DNA of 64,000 nucleotides from Firmicutes bacterium UBA5435 (GTDB lineage: Bacteria > Bacillota > UBA5435), in the NCBI GenBank assembly GCA_002426645.1, contig DIRN01000069.1, positions 12,469 through 76,468 on the forward strand, read 5' to 3'. The notes beneath the pieces are model-generated. The model had not been told where the DNA came from, searched no databases, and saw only the letters and a program-made list of their open reading frames with translations. Below are positions 20,610-30,187 of this stretch, in pieces. Within the stretch, counting starts at the first letter, position 1. Each line of letters begins with the position of its first letter. The position numbers were made by a program, and so were the translations under genes.

Positions 20610-22364
20610 GTGCGGATGTCACAACTTTATGCACCCACCTTAAGGGAAGCCCCTGCAGAGGCGGAGATATCTAGTCATGCTTTAATGCTTAGAGCTGGCT
20701 TAATTCGTAAACTTGTATCTGGGGTTTATTCGTATTTACCGTTAGCTTATAGAACACTAAGAAAGATAGAAGATATTGTTCGCGAGGAAATGAATAGGGC
20801 AGGTGGTCAGGAAATACTCATGTCAGCTATCCAACCAGCGGAGCTTTGGATAGAAAGTGGACGATGGAATGACATGGGCTCTGAAATGTTTCGTCTCAAG
20901 GATAGAAATGGCAGACAGTTTTGTTTAGGTCCAACTCATGAAGAGATATTTACCTTTCTAATCAGAGATGAAGTTAGATCTTATAAACAGCTTCCTCTCT
21001 TGCTCTATCAAATACAGACGAAGTATCGTGATGAAATGCGTCCTCGATTCGGCCTTATAAGAGCCAGGGAATTCATAATGAAGGATCTATATAGCTTTGA
21101 TATTGATGAAGCTGGTTTAGAACGTAGCTATGAAAAAATGTATGAGGCATACTGCAGAACGTTCGAACGTTCTGGTTTAGAGTATGTTGTAGTTGAAGCT
21201 GATACAGGTACCATGGGTGGGAGCGCTTCTCATGAATTTATGGTAGTGACAGATACGGGTGAAGATCTAATAGCAAAATGTTCAAAATGTGGCTATGCTG
21301 CAAATATTGAGAAGGCTGAATGTGTAGCTCCCAAAGGGCTCAATGCAGATCGGGTAGAAATAGATGGTGAAAACCCTAAAGAAGTCATTACCCCTAATAT
21401 AAAGAGCATAGACGAACTATCGTCTTTCTTGGGTAAGTCTGGGAAGGATATGATTAAAACACTAATCTATTTGGCTGATGGACAACCTATAGCAGCTCTT
21501 GTGAGAGGCGACAGAGAAATCAATGAGATAAAACTAAAGAATTTTTTATCCGCGTTCACACTTGAGCTAGCGGATGAAGCTACGATAATGGAAGTTACAG
21601 GGGGGCCGTTAGGATTTTCAGGACCTATAGGGTTAACGGGAATTAAGTTAGTAGCAGATGAAGAAGTACCTTTTATTCAGGACGCAGTAGTAGGCGCTAA
21701 CCAAAGAGATAAGCATTTAATTAACGTAAACTACGGAAGGGATTTTAGCGCAGATAACATCGCTGATATACGTAAGGCAGTGGAAGGCGATGCATGCTCT
21801 AAGTGTGGTGAGCCCATTGAAGTGGTCAGAACTATTGAGGTAGGGCATATATTTAAGTTAGGTACAAAATATACTAGTGCTCTAGGCGCTACTTTTTTAG
21901 ATGAAAATGGTCGTGAGCGCCCTATGATAATGGGCTGTTATGGTATAGGAGTTACACGTACCATGGCAGCTATAATTGAGAAAAATCACGATGAGAAGGG
22001 TATAATCTGGCCGTTTTCAGTTGCGCCCTTTCACGTTACTATAGTTCCCATTAATATAAAGAATAGTGAGCAAAAGGCTGCTGCCTTTAAGCTATATAAA
22101 GAGTGTTTAAACAATGGAGTTGAAGCTGTTATAGATGACAGAGATGAACGATCAGGTGTGAAGTTTAATGACGCTGATCTTATAGGGTTCCCTATTCGTA
22201 TTACAGTAGGCCCTAGATCCCTCAAAGAAGGCAAGGTGGAGATTCGACTAAGACAGAGCGGCAAGGAGATTCAAGTGCCTTTAGGATCAGCGGTGGAAAA
22301 GATTAAGACGTTGATCAAGGAGGCTGTCATATATGAAGATCGCTGTAGTGATTCCGGCATATAA
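20610..22364 (+). CDS. proS: Prolyl-tRNA synthetase (bacterial type with INS editing domain)
   Basis: RMSQLYAPTLREAPAEAEI matches the ProS N-terminus (E. coli [20 protein letters not shown]). Class II motifs present, about 585 aa. Start GTG 20610 or 20601, or ATG 20616. Confidence 0.9.
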   Translation: MRMSQLYAPTLREAPAEAEISSHALMLRAGLIRKLVSGVYSYLPLAYRTLRKIEDIVREEMNRAGGQEILMSAIQPAELWIESGRWNDMGSEMFRLKDRNGRQFCLGPTHEEIFTFLIRDEVRSYKQLPLLLYQIQTKYRDEMRPRFGLIRAREFIMKDLYSFDIDEAGLERSYEKMYEAYCRTFERSGLEYVVVEADTGTMGGSASHEFMVVTDTGEDLIAKCSKCGYAANIEKAECVAPKGLNADRVEIDGENPKEVITPNIKSIDELSSFLGKSGKDMIKTLIYLADGQPIAALVRGDREINEIKLKNFLSAFTLELADEATIMEVTGGPLGFSGPIGLTGIKLVADEEVPFIQDAVVGANQRDKHLINVNYGRDFSADNIADIRKAVEGDACSKCGEPIEVVRTIEVGHIFKLGTKYTSALGATFLDENGRERPMIMGCYGIGVTRTMAAIIEKNHDEKGIIWPFSVAPFHVTIVPINIKNSEQKAAAFKLYKECLNNGVEAVIDDRDERSGVKFNDADLIGFPIRITVGPRSLKEGKVEIRLRQSGKEIQVPLGSAVEKIKTLIKEAVIYEDRCSDSGI

Positions 22365-22956
22365 TGAGGAAAAAACTATAGGAGATGTTCTTAATGTAGT
22401 CAAAGAAGTCGAGACTATTGATGAGATAATAGTAGTTGACGACGGTTCTTTGGATCATACTGCGGAAATAGCAAGACTTGAAGGGGTTAAAGTTATTTCT
22501 TTAGAAAAGAACGTTGGCAAGGGTGGTGCTGTAAAGGTAGGATTTAATAGTACAGATGCCGAGATCATTGTTCTCCTGGATGCTGATCTTTTAAATCTTT
22601 CTCCAAGGCATATTAATGCACTCTTAGAACCTGTAATAAATGGTAGTGCTGATATGACCCTTGGAATCTTTGGAAATGGTCGTTTCCGCACTGATTTTGC
22701 TCAGAAAGTAGCCCCTACTTTAACGGGTCAGAGAGCAATTAAACGGGAATTATTGGAGGCCACAGCCCATCTTGATCTTGCTAGATTCGGAGTTGAGAAA
22801 GCCCTTACTGAATGTGCAAAAGAGAAAAAGGCGAATGTGGTTCCTGTTAAACTAGACGGGGTCTCTCACGTCACAAAGGAAGAAAAATTAGGCTTTTGGG
22901 AGGGGTTTAAAGCTAGGGTAAGAATGTATTGGGAAATATTAAAGGCCATGCACTAG
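22333..22956 (+). CDS. Family 2 glycosyltransferase (dolichyl/polyprenyl-phosphate sugar transferase-like)
   Basis: MKIAVVIPAYNEE...VVDDGSLDHT...DADL are GT2 motifs. RBS AAGGAGG 9 nt upstream. Overlaps the proS 3' end by 32 nt. Confidence 0.75.
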   Translation: MKIAVVIPAYNEEKTIGDVLNVVKEVETIDEIIVVDDGSLDHTAEIARLEGVKVISLEKNVGKGGAVKVGFNSTDAEIIVLLDADLLNLSPRHINALLEPVINGSADMTLGIFGNGRFRTDFAQKVAPTLTGQRAIKRELLEATAHLDLARFGVEKALTECAKEKKANVVPVKLDGVSHVTKEEKLGFWEGFKARVRMYWEILKAMH

Positions 22957-22971
22957 AGGAGAGAATAGCAA

Positions 22972-25900
22972 ATGTCTGAACTATATGTCATTGAGCCTGA
23001 TAATGATGGAAGTAGTCTCTCAAGGCTTGTAGAGATGTCAGGCGTATCAGGTAAATTAAAAGAACTTTTACACGATGCAAGAATAGATAAGGTATTGGTA
23101 AATGTAAGAGATAGGATTTGGGAGGTACACATTCGGACTAATAATCCTCTTCTTTCCGTAGACGGTAAGACCTTTAAAAAGAGTATCACCCTTCCTGTAA
23201 AGGGGCTTAAAGGATGCATATTTCAGATATCAAGGGATCCACGAGGTCTTTCGTTAGAGGAAGCTCTCAAGATTGAGTGGGAGAATATCCTTACAGAGTT
23301 AAAAGGTAGGCAACCAGCTATAAATGGATTGCTTTCTATGTCGCGTTGGAGCATCGCTCATGAGGGGCCAGAAGAAGTTTTGGTAGAGGTCGTTGATGAC
23401 ATAGGGGTTACATTCCTTAGTGATAAAGGATGCGCTGAATTGATGGAAGCCCTCATACTAGAGAGACTTGGTAAAAAGGTAAAGGTGCGTTTGATCGTAG
23501 GCGACTTTGACGATGAATTCGAAGAGATACTTTCAGAACAGGAATTAATAGAGAAGAATGAAGTCGCACAGGCACTAAAAGATCAGGGTAATAGGTCCAA
23601 GTCAGCTTTTGTTGGAAACAAGGGTATAATCTTAGGGCGTCCTATTAATGTTGAACCAGAGAAGATAAGACCCATAAATGATATAACAGAAGAAGAAAAT
23701 AATATTATCACTGAAGGGATGATATTCTCCAAGGATGTTCGTTTATTGAAGAGCGGACGCACCTTGGTTACTTTCGGCATTACTGATTTTACAAATTCAA
23801 TAGAAGTAAAGGTCTGGGAGAATGAGAAGGAAAACAAGGCAAGTGAAGCATGCCAGGAAGATTCATGGGTACGAATAAAAGGCAATGTTCAGACAGATAA
23901 GTTTTCACAGGAACTGACTCTACAACCATCTGATATCCAACTCATTGAGCCTTACGAAAGAGTGGATTCTGCTACTGAGAAACGTATTGAACTCCATTTG
24001 CATACTAAGATGAGTGCTATGGATGCAGTTGTTGATGTTGAAAGGGCAGTACATCAATGTGCAAAGTGGGGACATCCTGCTATTGCAATAACTGATCATG
24101 GTGTTGTACAGTCACATCCTGCTGCCTTTGATGCAGGTCAAAAATATGGGGTTAAGATACTCTATGGTTTAGAAGGATACCTCGCTAACTCAATAGATTC
24201 CGCCAAGGACTACCATATTATAATTATCGCAAAGAATGATATAGGCCTGAGGAATCTATACAAACTGGTAAGCATCTCACATCTTGATGACTTTCATCGT
24301 CACCCTAGGATACTTAGGGATAAACTAGTGGAATTGCGAGAGGGCCTTATCCTTGGATCAGCTTGTGAGGCAGGAGAGCTATACCAGGCTATTATTTCTG
24401 GTAAATCTGAAGACGAGACAGATGAGATAGCTAATTTCTATGATTACCTAGAGATTCAACCTATAGGAAATAATGAATTTATGTTACGGAATGGGCAGGT
24501 TACATCGGAAGATGAGTTAAAAGATTTTAATCGTAAAATATTTGAGATTGGAAAGAAATTAGGTAAGCCAGTTGTAGCTACTAGTGACGTGCACTTTTTA
24601 GATCCTCATGATGAAGTTTTTCGTAGGATCCTTATGGCTGGTCAAGGCTATGAAGATGCAGATCTCCAACCTCCTTTATACCTTCGCACAACAGATGAGA
24701 TGCTAGAAGAACTATCTTACCTTGGAGAAGAAGGCGCTAAAGAAGCTGTTATCACCAATCCTAAGCTCATAGCCGATATGGTTCAAGACTTGAGGCCTGT
24801 CCCTGATAAACTTTATACTCCTAAGATAGACGGAGCTGAGGAACAGATTCAAACTATGGCATATAATAAGGCTAAGGAGTTATATGGAGATACTCTCCCA
24901 GAAATAGTAGAAGCACGTCTGAAAAAAGAATTGAAGTCTATAATTGAGAATGGCTTTTCAGTTATATACTTAATCGCTCATAAGCTGGTAACTAAGTCTT
25001 TATCCGACGATTATCTAGTCGGTTCTAGAGGCTCAGTTGGTTCATCTTTCGTGGCGACTATGTGCGATATAACAGAGGTAAATCCTTTACCCCCTCATTA
25101 TCGTTGTGGAAACTGTAAGTACTCTGAGTTCTCTAAAGATACAAAGATAATGTCAGGATTTGATTTACCAGATAAAGCCTGTCCAATATGTGATGAGAAG
25201 TTACATAAAGACGGACAGAACATACCTTTTGAGGTTTTCCTAGGCTTTAAAGGAGATAAGGTACCAGACATTGATCTTAACTTCTCTAGTGAATATCAGG
25301 AGCGGATTCATAAGTTTACTGAAGAGCTCTTTGGTTCTGAACACGTGTATAGAGCGGCCACGCTCTCTACTTTAATGGATAGGACTGCATATGGTTTTGT
25401 CAAGAAGTACTTTGAGGAACGCACGAATCATATTAGAACAGTAGAAATAAATAGACTGGTAAAAGGGTGCTGTGGAGTTAAACGTACTACAGGGCAACAC
25501 CCTGGGGGCCTTATGATAATACCCCAGGATAGAGATGTACATGAATTTACTCCTCTTCAGTATCCTGCAAACGATAAAAGATCTAATACTATTACTACGC
25601 ATTTTGAGTATGGTTCATTTAAAGAGAGGCTTCTCAAACTTGATCTTTTAGGGCATACTGATCCAACTCAATTACGTATGTTACAAGATATAACAGGTGT
25701 TGAAGTAAAGAAAATTCCCCTAGATGATCCTGCAACCATGAAGATCTTTTCTGGTCTGGAATCACTCGGTATAGACCGTGAATATGCTGGAGGAAAAGTA
25801 GGAACATTAGGAGTCCCAGAATTCGGAACGCCATTCGTTCGTCAGATGCTTGAGGCTACTTTGCCAACGACTTTTGCAGAACTCATAAGGATAAGTGGTC

Positions 25901-26685
25901 TTTCTCATGGTACAGATGTGTGGCTTAATAATGCGGCAGACCTTATAGCGAATAAGACTGCTACGCTTGCTGATGTTATTGCTATGAGAGACGATATAAT
26001 GAACTACCTCATATCTTGTGGCGTTGAACCATCTAAGGCTTTTAAAATTATGGAGAATGTCAGGAAAGGAAGGGGACTCTCTGCAGAGGATGAAGAAGCC
26101 ATGAAGGCTGCTGAAGTTCCAGAATGGTACTGTGAATCAGCAAAGAAAATAAAGTATCTTTTCCCCAAGGCCCATGCTGCGGCCTATGTAACCATGGCCT
26201 TTAGGCTAGCTTACTTTAAGGTTCATTATCCAGCGCCATTTTACGCCAGTTACTTTACTGTAAAAGCGGATGAATTTGATGTGAACATGGCTACTATGGG
26301 CAAAGAAGAACTCCGTGCAGAATTGGAAAAACTACGTGCTAAGGGTAATGATGCGACTCCTAAAGAAGCTGGTCTCTTGGAAGCTATGGAGGTAGCTTTA
26401 GAAGCCATTACAAGAGGTGTAACCTTTCTTAACGTTGATCTTCAGAAGTCCCATGAGTCGAAATTCCAGGTTAAAGGGGATAGTATACTCCCTCCTTTTG
26501 TTACTCTCCCGGGCTTAGGCACTAGTGCAGCAAAGAATATAGTAATTGAAAGGGAGAAGAAACCTTTTACTTCAATAGAGGATTTAAAGACGCGAGCTAG
26601 GCTGAGTAAAACTGTGATAGAGATCTTAAAGGAAAGCAACGTCTTAACTGACTTACCAGAGAGTAATCAATTGACACTATTTTAG
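22972..26685 (+). CDS. polC: DNA polymerase III PolC-type alpha subunit, but lacking the intra-PHP 3'-5' exonuclease domain
   Basis: PolC N-terminal domain, OB fold, PHP (ELHLHTKMSAMDAV...ITDHGVVQ), Zn module (CGNCKY...CPICDEK), palm/fingers, C-terminal ...NQLTLF. Near-colinear with B. subtilis PolC except that the exonuclease block is absent (1237 aa against about 1430). Confidence 0.9.
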   Translation: MSELYVIEPDNDGSSLSRLVEMSGVSGKLKELLHDARIDKVLVNVRDRIWEVHIRTNNPLLSVDGKTFKKSITLPVKGLKGCIFQISRDPRGLSLEEALKIEWENILTELKGRQPAINGLLSMSRWSIAHEGPEEVLVEVVDDIGVTFLSDKGCAELMEALILERLGKKVKVRLIVGDFDDEFEEILSEQELIEKNEVAQALKDQGNRSKSAFVGNKGIILGRPINVEPEKIRPINDITEEENNIITEGMIFSKDVRLLKSGRTLVTFGITDFTNSIEVKVWENEKENKASEACQEDSWVRIKGNVQTDKFSQELTLQPSDIQLIEPYERVDSATEKRIELHLHTKMSAMDAVVDVERAVHQCAKWGHPAIAITDHGVVQSHPAAFDAGQKYGVKILYGLEGYLANSIDSAKDYHIIIIAKNDIGLRNLYKLVSISHLDDFHRHPRILRDKLVELREGLILGSACEAGELYQAIISGKSEDETDEIANFYDYLEIQPIGNNEFMLRNGQVTSEDELKDFNRKIFEIGKKLGKPVVATSDVHFLDPHDEVFRRILMAGQGYEDADLQPPLYLRTTDEMLEELSYLGEEGAKEAVITNPKLIADMVQDLRPVPDKLYTPKIDGAEEQIQTMAYNKAKELYGDTLPEIVEARLKKELKSIIENGFSVIYLIAHKLVTKSLSDDYLVGSRGSVGSSFVATMCDITEVNPLPPHYRCGNCKYSEFSKDTKIMSGFDLPDKACPICDEKLHKDGQNIPFEVFLGFKGDKVPDIDLNFSSEYQERIHKFTEELFGSEHVYRAATLSTLMDRTAYGFVKKYFEERTNHIRTVEINRLVKGCCGVKRTTGQHPGGLMIIPQDRDVHEFTPLQYPANDKRSNTITTHFEYGSFKERLLKLDLLGHTDPTQLRMLQDITGVEVKKIPLDDPATMKIFSGLESLGIDREYAGGKVGTLGVPEFGTPFVRQMLEATLPTTFAELIRISGLSHGTDVWLNNAADLIANKTATLADVIAMRDDIMNYLISCGVEPSKAFKIMENVRKGRGLSAEDEEAMKAAEVPEWYCESAKKIKYLFPKAHAAAYVTMAFRLAYFKVHYPAPFYASYFTVKADEFDVNMATMGKEELRAELEKLRAKGNDATPKEAGLLEAMEVALEAITRGVTFLNVDLQKSHESKFQVKGDSILPPFVTLPGLGTSAAKNIVIEREKKPFTSIEDLKTRARLSKTVIEILKESNVLTDLPESNQLTLF

Positions 26686-26845
26686 AATATAGGTTAATGT
26701 GTTATCAGCTCTTGAGGAATTGGCAAATTTATAGATAAAAAAGGATAATTTATGTACTTGTATTACAATAAAAGAAATGGTACACTTACATAAGAAGGTT
26801 CGTTTATAAGGTCGTGCTTAGCAAGGCAGAATGGAGTAATTGTAA

Positions 26846-27880
26846 TTGAGAAGGTTTAAGTCCACAGTTCCTTTCTTTCTCATAACAGGCATTTTGGTCA
26901 TATCAGCTATTACATGGACAAAATCAAGCTTAGAGTCAAAGGTCACTTTTGATTCTAAATTAGTTATGGATACTATGGTTACTATAAAGGTAATAGGAGA
27001 AAGGGAAGAAAAGGCACGTAAAGCTATAGATGATGCTTTTGATGCCATATCCCGAATGGACAGGCTTTTAAGTTTATATGTTAAAGGGAGCGATGTGACG
27101 CGAATCAATGAAGCATCAGGGGAAGGATATGTGGAAGTAAGCTCTGATGCATTGAAGGTCATTAAAGCTGCCATTAGCTATTCCAGGCTTACAGAAGGTG
27201 CCTTTGATCCTAGCATAGGCCCTCTCATCCACCTTTGGAACTTTGATACTGGTAAAGGTCATTTGCCAGACCCTGAGGAAGTCATCTGGGAACTAGCTAA
27301 GGTGGATTATAGAAAGATTATAGTAAATGATGATAAGAGAGAGGTAATGCTAAGTGATGAAGGCATGAGGCTCGATCTAGGGGGAGCAGCTAAAGGGTAT
27401 GCAGCAGATGTGGCATTAGAAGTCTTGCAAAGACACGGTATAAAGTCAGCCCTTATTGATGTAGGTATGAGTAGTATGCGGGTGCTTGGTCTTAAACCTA
27501 AAGGTGAAGTATGGAGAATAGGTATTAGCCACCCTAGAGATCCTCAGAAATATCTTGGGATCTTGCTACTTCAAAGCGGAGAAGCTATAGGGACTTCCGG
27601 CGATTACCAGCAATTCTTCATGGAAGATGGTAATAGATACTTTCATATATTAGATCCAAGGACAGGATGGCAGCCTAAGGGCACCACGAGCGTTACTATT
27701 CTAACAGATAATGGATTAGACGCTGATATCCTTTCTACGGCCATCTTTGTTTTAGGACCAGATGAAGGTATGAAATTTGTTGAAGAACAAGATGGGGTCG
27801 AGGCGGTGATGGTCACTGAGAACGGAGAAATTTTGCTCTCCTCAGGACTCAAAGGAAGATTCAAGGCAGCAGGTGAATGA
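26846..27880 (+). CDS. apbE: FAD:protein FMN transferase (ApbE family), secreted/lipoprotein-like
   Basis: N-terminal signal/TM segment. ApbE family motifs (DLGGAAKGYAAD, GTSGDY, H.LDPRTG). Confidence 0.85.
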   Translation: MRRFKSTVPFFLITGILVISAITWTKSSLESKVTFDSKLVMDTMVTIKVIGEREEKARKAIDDAFDAISRMDRLLSLYVKGSDVTRINEASGEGYVEVSSDALKVIKAAISYSRLTEGAFDPSIGPLIHLWNFDTGKGHLPDPEEVIWELAKVDYRKIIVNDDKREVMLSDEGMRLDLGGAAKGYAADVALEVLQRHGIKSALIDVGMSSMRVLGLKPKGEVWRIGISHPRDPQKYLGILLLQSGEAIGTSGDYQQFFMEDGNRYFHILDPRTGWQPKGTTSVTILTDNGLDADILSTAIFVLGPDEGMKFVEEQDGVEAVMVTENGEILLSSGLKGRFKAAGE

Positions 27881-28415
27881 TACTGGGTATATTAAAAAAT
27901 TGCTATATATATCTTTTCTTATCTCTATTGGGATAGTCCTCCATTTAATAGAAGGAATGATAAGCGGATTCGGGCTTTCATTAATAGTTCCAGGTATTAA
28001 GTTGGGTTTAGCAAATATAGTAACTCTTATAACCATTGTTTTATTTGGGTTAAGAGAGGCTCTATGTGTTGCAACCCTTCGCTCTTTGCTTGGGTCTTTA
28101 CTATCGGGGAGATTTTTAACTTTGAGTTTTTACATGTCTACAGGGGGAGGTATAGTTAGCGCATTTTTTATGGGATTTATATACTCTAGATTTCCGGATC
28201 TATTTAGTCTTATAGGCATTAGTGTTCTAGGGGCAGTGATACATAATTTGACTCAAATTATGATCTTTTATATATGGGCAGGTCATTTTGGAGTATTCTT
28301 CTATGCTCCATATCTTACTCTTGTGGCTATACCCACTGGTTTTTTCGTTGGTTTGGTGACAATATATGTAACGAAATACTTTAGAAGATCATATAAAAGA
28401 AATAAATTATTTTAA
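27873..28415 (+). CDS. Membrane protein of the Gx-transporter / heptaprenyl-diphosphate-synthase component I family (PF07456)
   Basis: 180-aa polytopic protein overlapping the apbE stop by 8 nt. ApbE plus this family is a recurrent Firmicutes gene pair. Confidence 0.55.
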   Translation: MNDTGYIKKLLYISFLISIGIVLHLIEGMISGFGLSLIVPGIKLGLANIVTLITIVLFGLREALCVATLRSLLGSLLSGRFLTLSFYMSTGGGIVSAFFMGFIYSRFPDLFSLIGISVLGAVIHNLTQIMIFYIWAGHFGVFFYAPYLTLVAIPTGFFVGLVTIYVTKYFRRSYKRNKLF

Positions 28416-28469
28416 CCCTATAAGGTAGAAAGATTCTGAGGTTTCTTGGAGAGGAGGAATTATTAATCC

Positions 28470-28727
28470 ATGTTACAATCAAGCAGAATAAAACCTATCT
28501 GGCTCTTCATATTCATATTATTTATTGGAATAGTAATTGGCAGTATAATTGGGGAGCTTCTGGGAGATTATATTCCAGTCTTATCAAAGGGTCCGACACT
28601 TCGGCTTGCACCTCAGACTCTAAGTGTAGGCGATATGGCTAGCTTAACCTTTGGATTCATGCTTCGTCTAAATACATTTACAATTGTCGGAATTATTCTT
28701 GCTATAGCTATTCTAAGATATTTATAG
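28470..28727 (+). CDS. DUF4321-like small membrane protein
   Basis: 85 aa with two TM segments and a GELLG motif. Usual position upstream of maf/radC/mreB in Firmicutes. Confidence 0.5.
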   Translation: MLQSSRIKPIWLFIFILFIGIVIGSIIGELLGDYIPVLSKGPTLRLAPQTLSVGDMASLTFGFMLRLNTFTIVGIILAIAILRYL

Positions 28728-28768
28728 TTTTGAAGGGAGGAATTCACCTGAATCTGGTGGATTAGATT

Positions 28769-29362
28769 GTGAAGAGAATCGTTTTAGCTTCCACTTCGCC
28801 GCGTAGAAGGGAACTTCTTAATCAAATAGGATTATCTTTTGATATTATCCCAAGCTCTACTTTGGAAAAAGATATAGACTCTTCTGATCCTATTCAGGGG
28901 TCAATAGAGGCCGCCGAAATAAAAGCATTGAATGTTGCTGCTAAATTAAGTGGCGATGTATTAGTAATCGCTGCTGATACCGTTGTAGTTATAGATGGTA
29001 TGGTCTTGGGAAAACCTAAAGATAAGGATGAAGCTAAATCTATCCTCAGGCGCTTAAGTGGAAGAGTTCATGAAGTTATCACTGGATTTTTTGTTATTAA
29101 TGTCTTAACGGATAAGAGAAGTTCAGGTTACGAAAGGACAAGAGTATGGTTTCGTCAGTTAACCGAGGAGGAGATAACCTCTTATGTAGAATCTGGCGAA
29201 CCTATGGACAAGGCTGGAGCATATGGTATACAAGATTTAGGGTCTTTACTAATTAAGAGGATAGAGGGGTGTTACTTTAATGTTGTAGGGCTTCCGATAA
29301 GCTCTCTCTGCGAAGTTTTAAAGGACTTCGGGGTAAATCCTTTACTTAGGATAAATAGTTAA
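28769..29362 (+). CDS. maf: Maf nucleoside-triphosphate pyrophosphatase (septum formation protein)
   Basis: ILASTSPRRRELL N-terminus. 197 aa. Confidence 0.9.
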   Translation: MKRIVLASTSPRRRELLNQIGLSFDIIPSSTLEKDIDSSDPIQGSIEAAEIKALNVAAKLSGDVLVIAADTVVVIDGMVLGKPKDKDEAKSILRRLSGRVHEVITGFFVINVLTDKRSSGYERTRVWFRQLTEEEITSYVESGEPMDKAGAYGIQDLGSLLIKRIEGCYFNVVGLPISSLCEVLKDFGVNPLLRINS

Positions 29363-29421
29363 TTTCAATGAATGGTTGGGGGTTTTTTAAAATTTTTCAT
29401 AAGAGAAAGAGGGCGTTTTAT

Positions 29422-30144
29422 ATGATGGATTCTAATACCTATGATTACCGCTTCACAATTAAGGATATGCCTGAGGAGGAAAGGCCTAGGGAGCGTTTAT
29501 TGAAATTTGGACCCGATGTTCTAACTACAAGTGAGCTTCTTGGGATTCTCATAAGAACAGGTACACGTTCTAATACCGCGGTAGAATTGGGAAATAAGCT
29601 TTTAGCTCGCTTTGGTGGATTAAAAGGAATAGTCAAAGCAGATATTCATGAACTTACAGTAGTGGAGGGAATTGGGTTAGCAAAAGCTATTCAGATTAAA
29701 GCGGCTATAGAATTAGGTAGGCGAGTAATAGCCTTAGATAGAGAGAGTCGTTCTTCTATTAGAACCCCATCAGATATTGCAGACTTACTCATGTTTGACA
29801 TGCGTTATCTCGATAAAGAGCACTTTAAGAGTGTCCTCTTAAATACGCGAAATGAGGTACTTGATATAGTTACCATATCTATAGGTAGCCTTGACGCATC
29901 TTTAGTACATCCACGTGAGCTTTTTAAGGATGCTATCAGGCGTAGTTGTGCTTCTGTTATCCTTGTACATAATCATCCTAGCGGAGATCCTACTCCTAGC
30001 ATGGAAGATATAAAACTAACTAGACGCCTTAAAGAAGGTGGAGCTTTATTAGGCATAAGAGTTCTTGATCATATAATTATTGGAGATAATAGATTTTTAA
30101 GCCTTCGAGAGTTGGGTCTCTTAGATAAGCGAAGTAAAGAGTAG
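29422..30144 (+). CDS. radC: RadC-like JAB-domain protein
   Basis: HhH N-terminal region plus the HNHPSGDPTPS JAMM motif. Start ATG 29422 (RBS AGAGAAAGAGGG); the track ORF starts at 29368. Confidence 0.85.
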   Translation: MMDSNTYDYRFTIKDMPEEERPRERLLKFGPDVLTTSELLGILIRTGTRSNTAVELGNKLLARFGGLKGIVKADIHELTVVEGIGLAKAIQIKAAIELGRRVIALDRESRSSIRTPSDIADLLMFDMRYLDKEHFKSVLLNTRNEVLDIVTISIGSLDASLVHPRELFKDAIRRSCASVILVHNHPSGDPTPSMEDIKLTRRLKEGGALLGIRVLDHIIIGDNRFLSLRELGLLDKRSKE

Positions 30145-30187
30145 ACTTTATAATTTGAAGGTGTAAGGCGAGAAAGGGGAACGCCAT

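Noticed and set aside
22972-26685. Considered whether the short PolC was caused by a frameshift or split gene hiding the exonuclease
   Set aside because: The ORF is continuous. The PHP halves are directly joined in frame with no spare sequence, so the exo domain is absent from this assembly rather than mis-framed.
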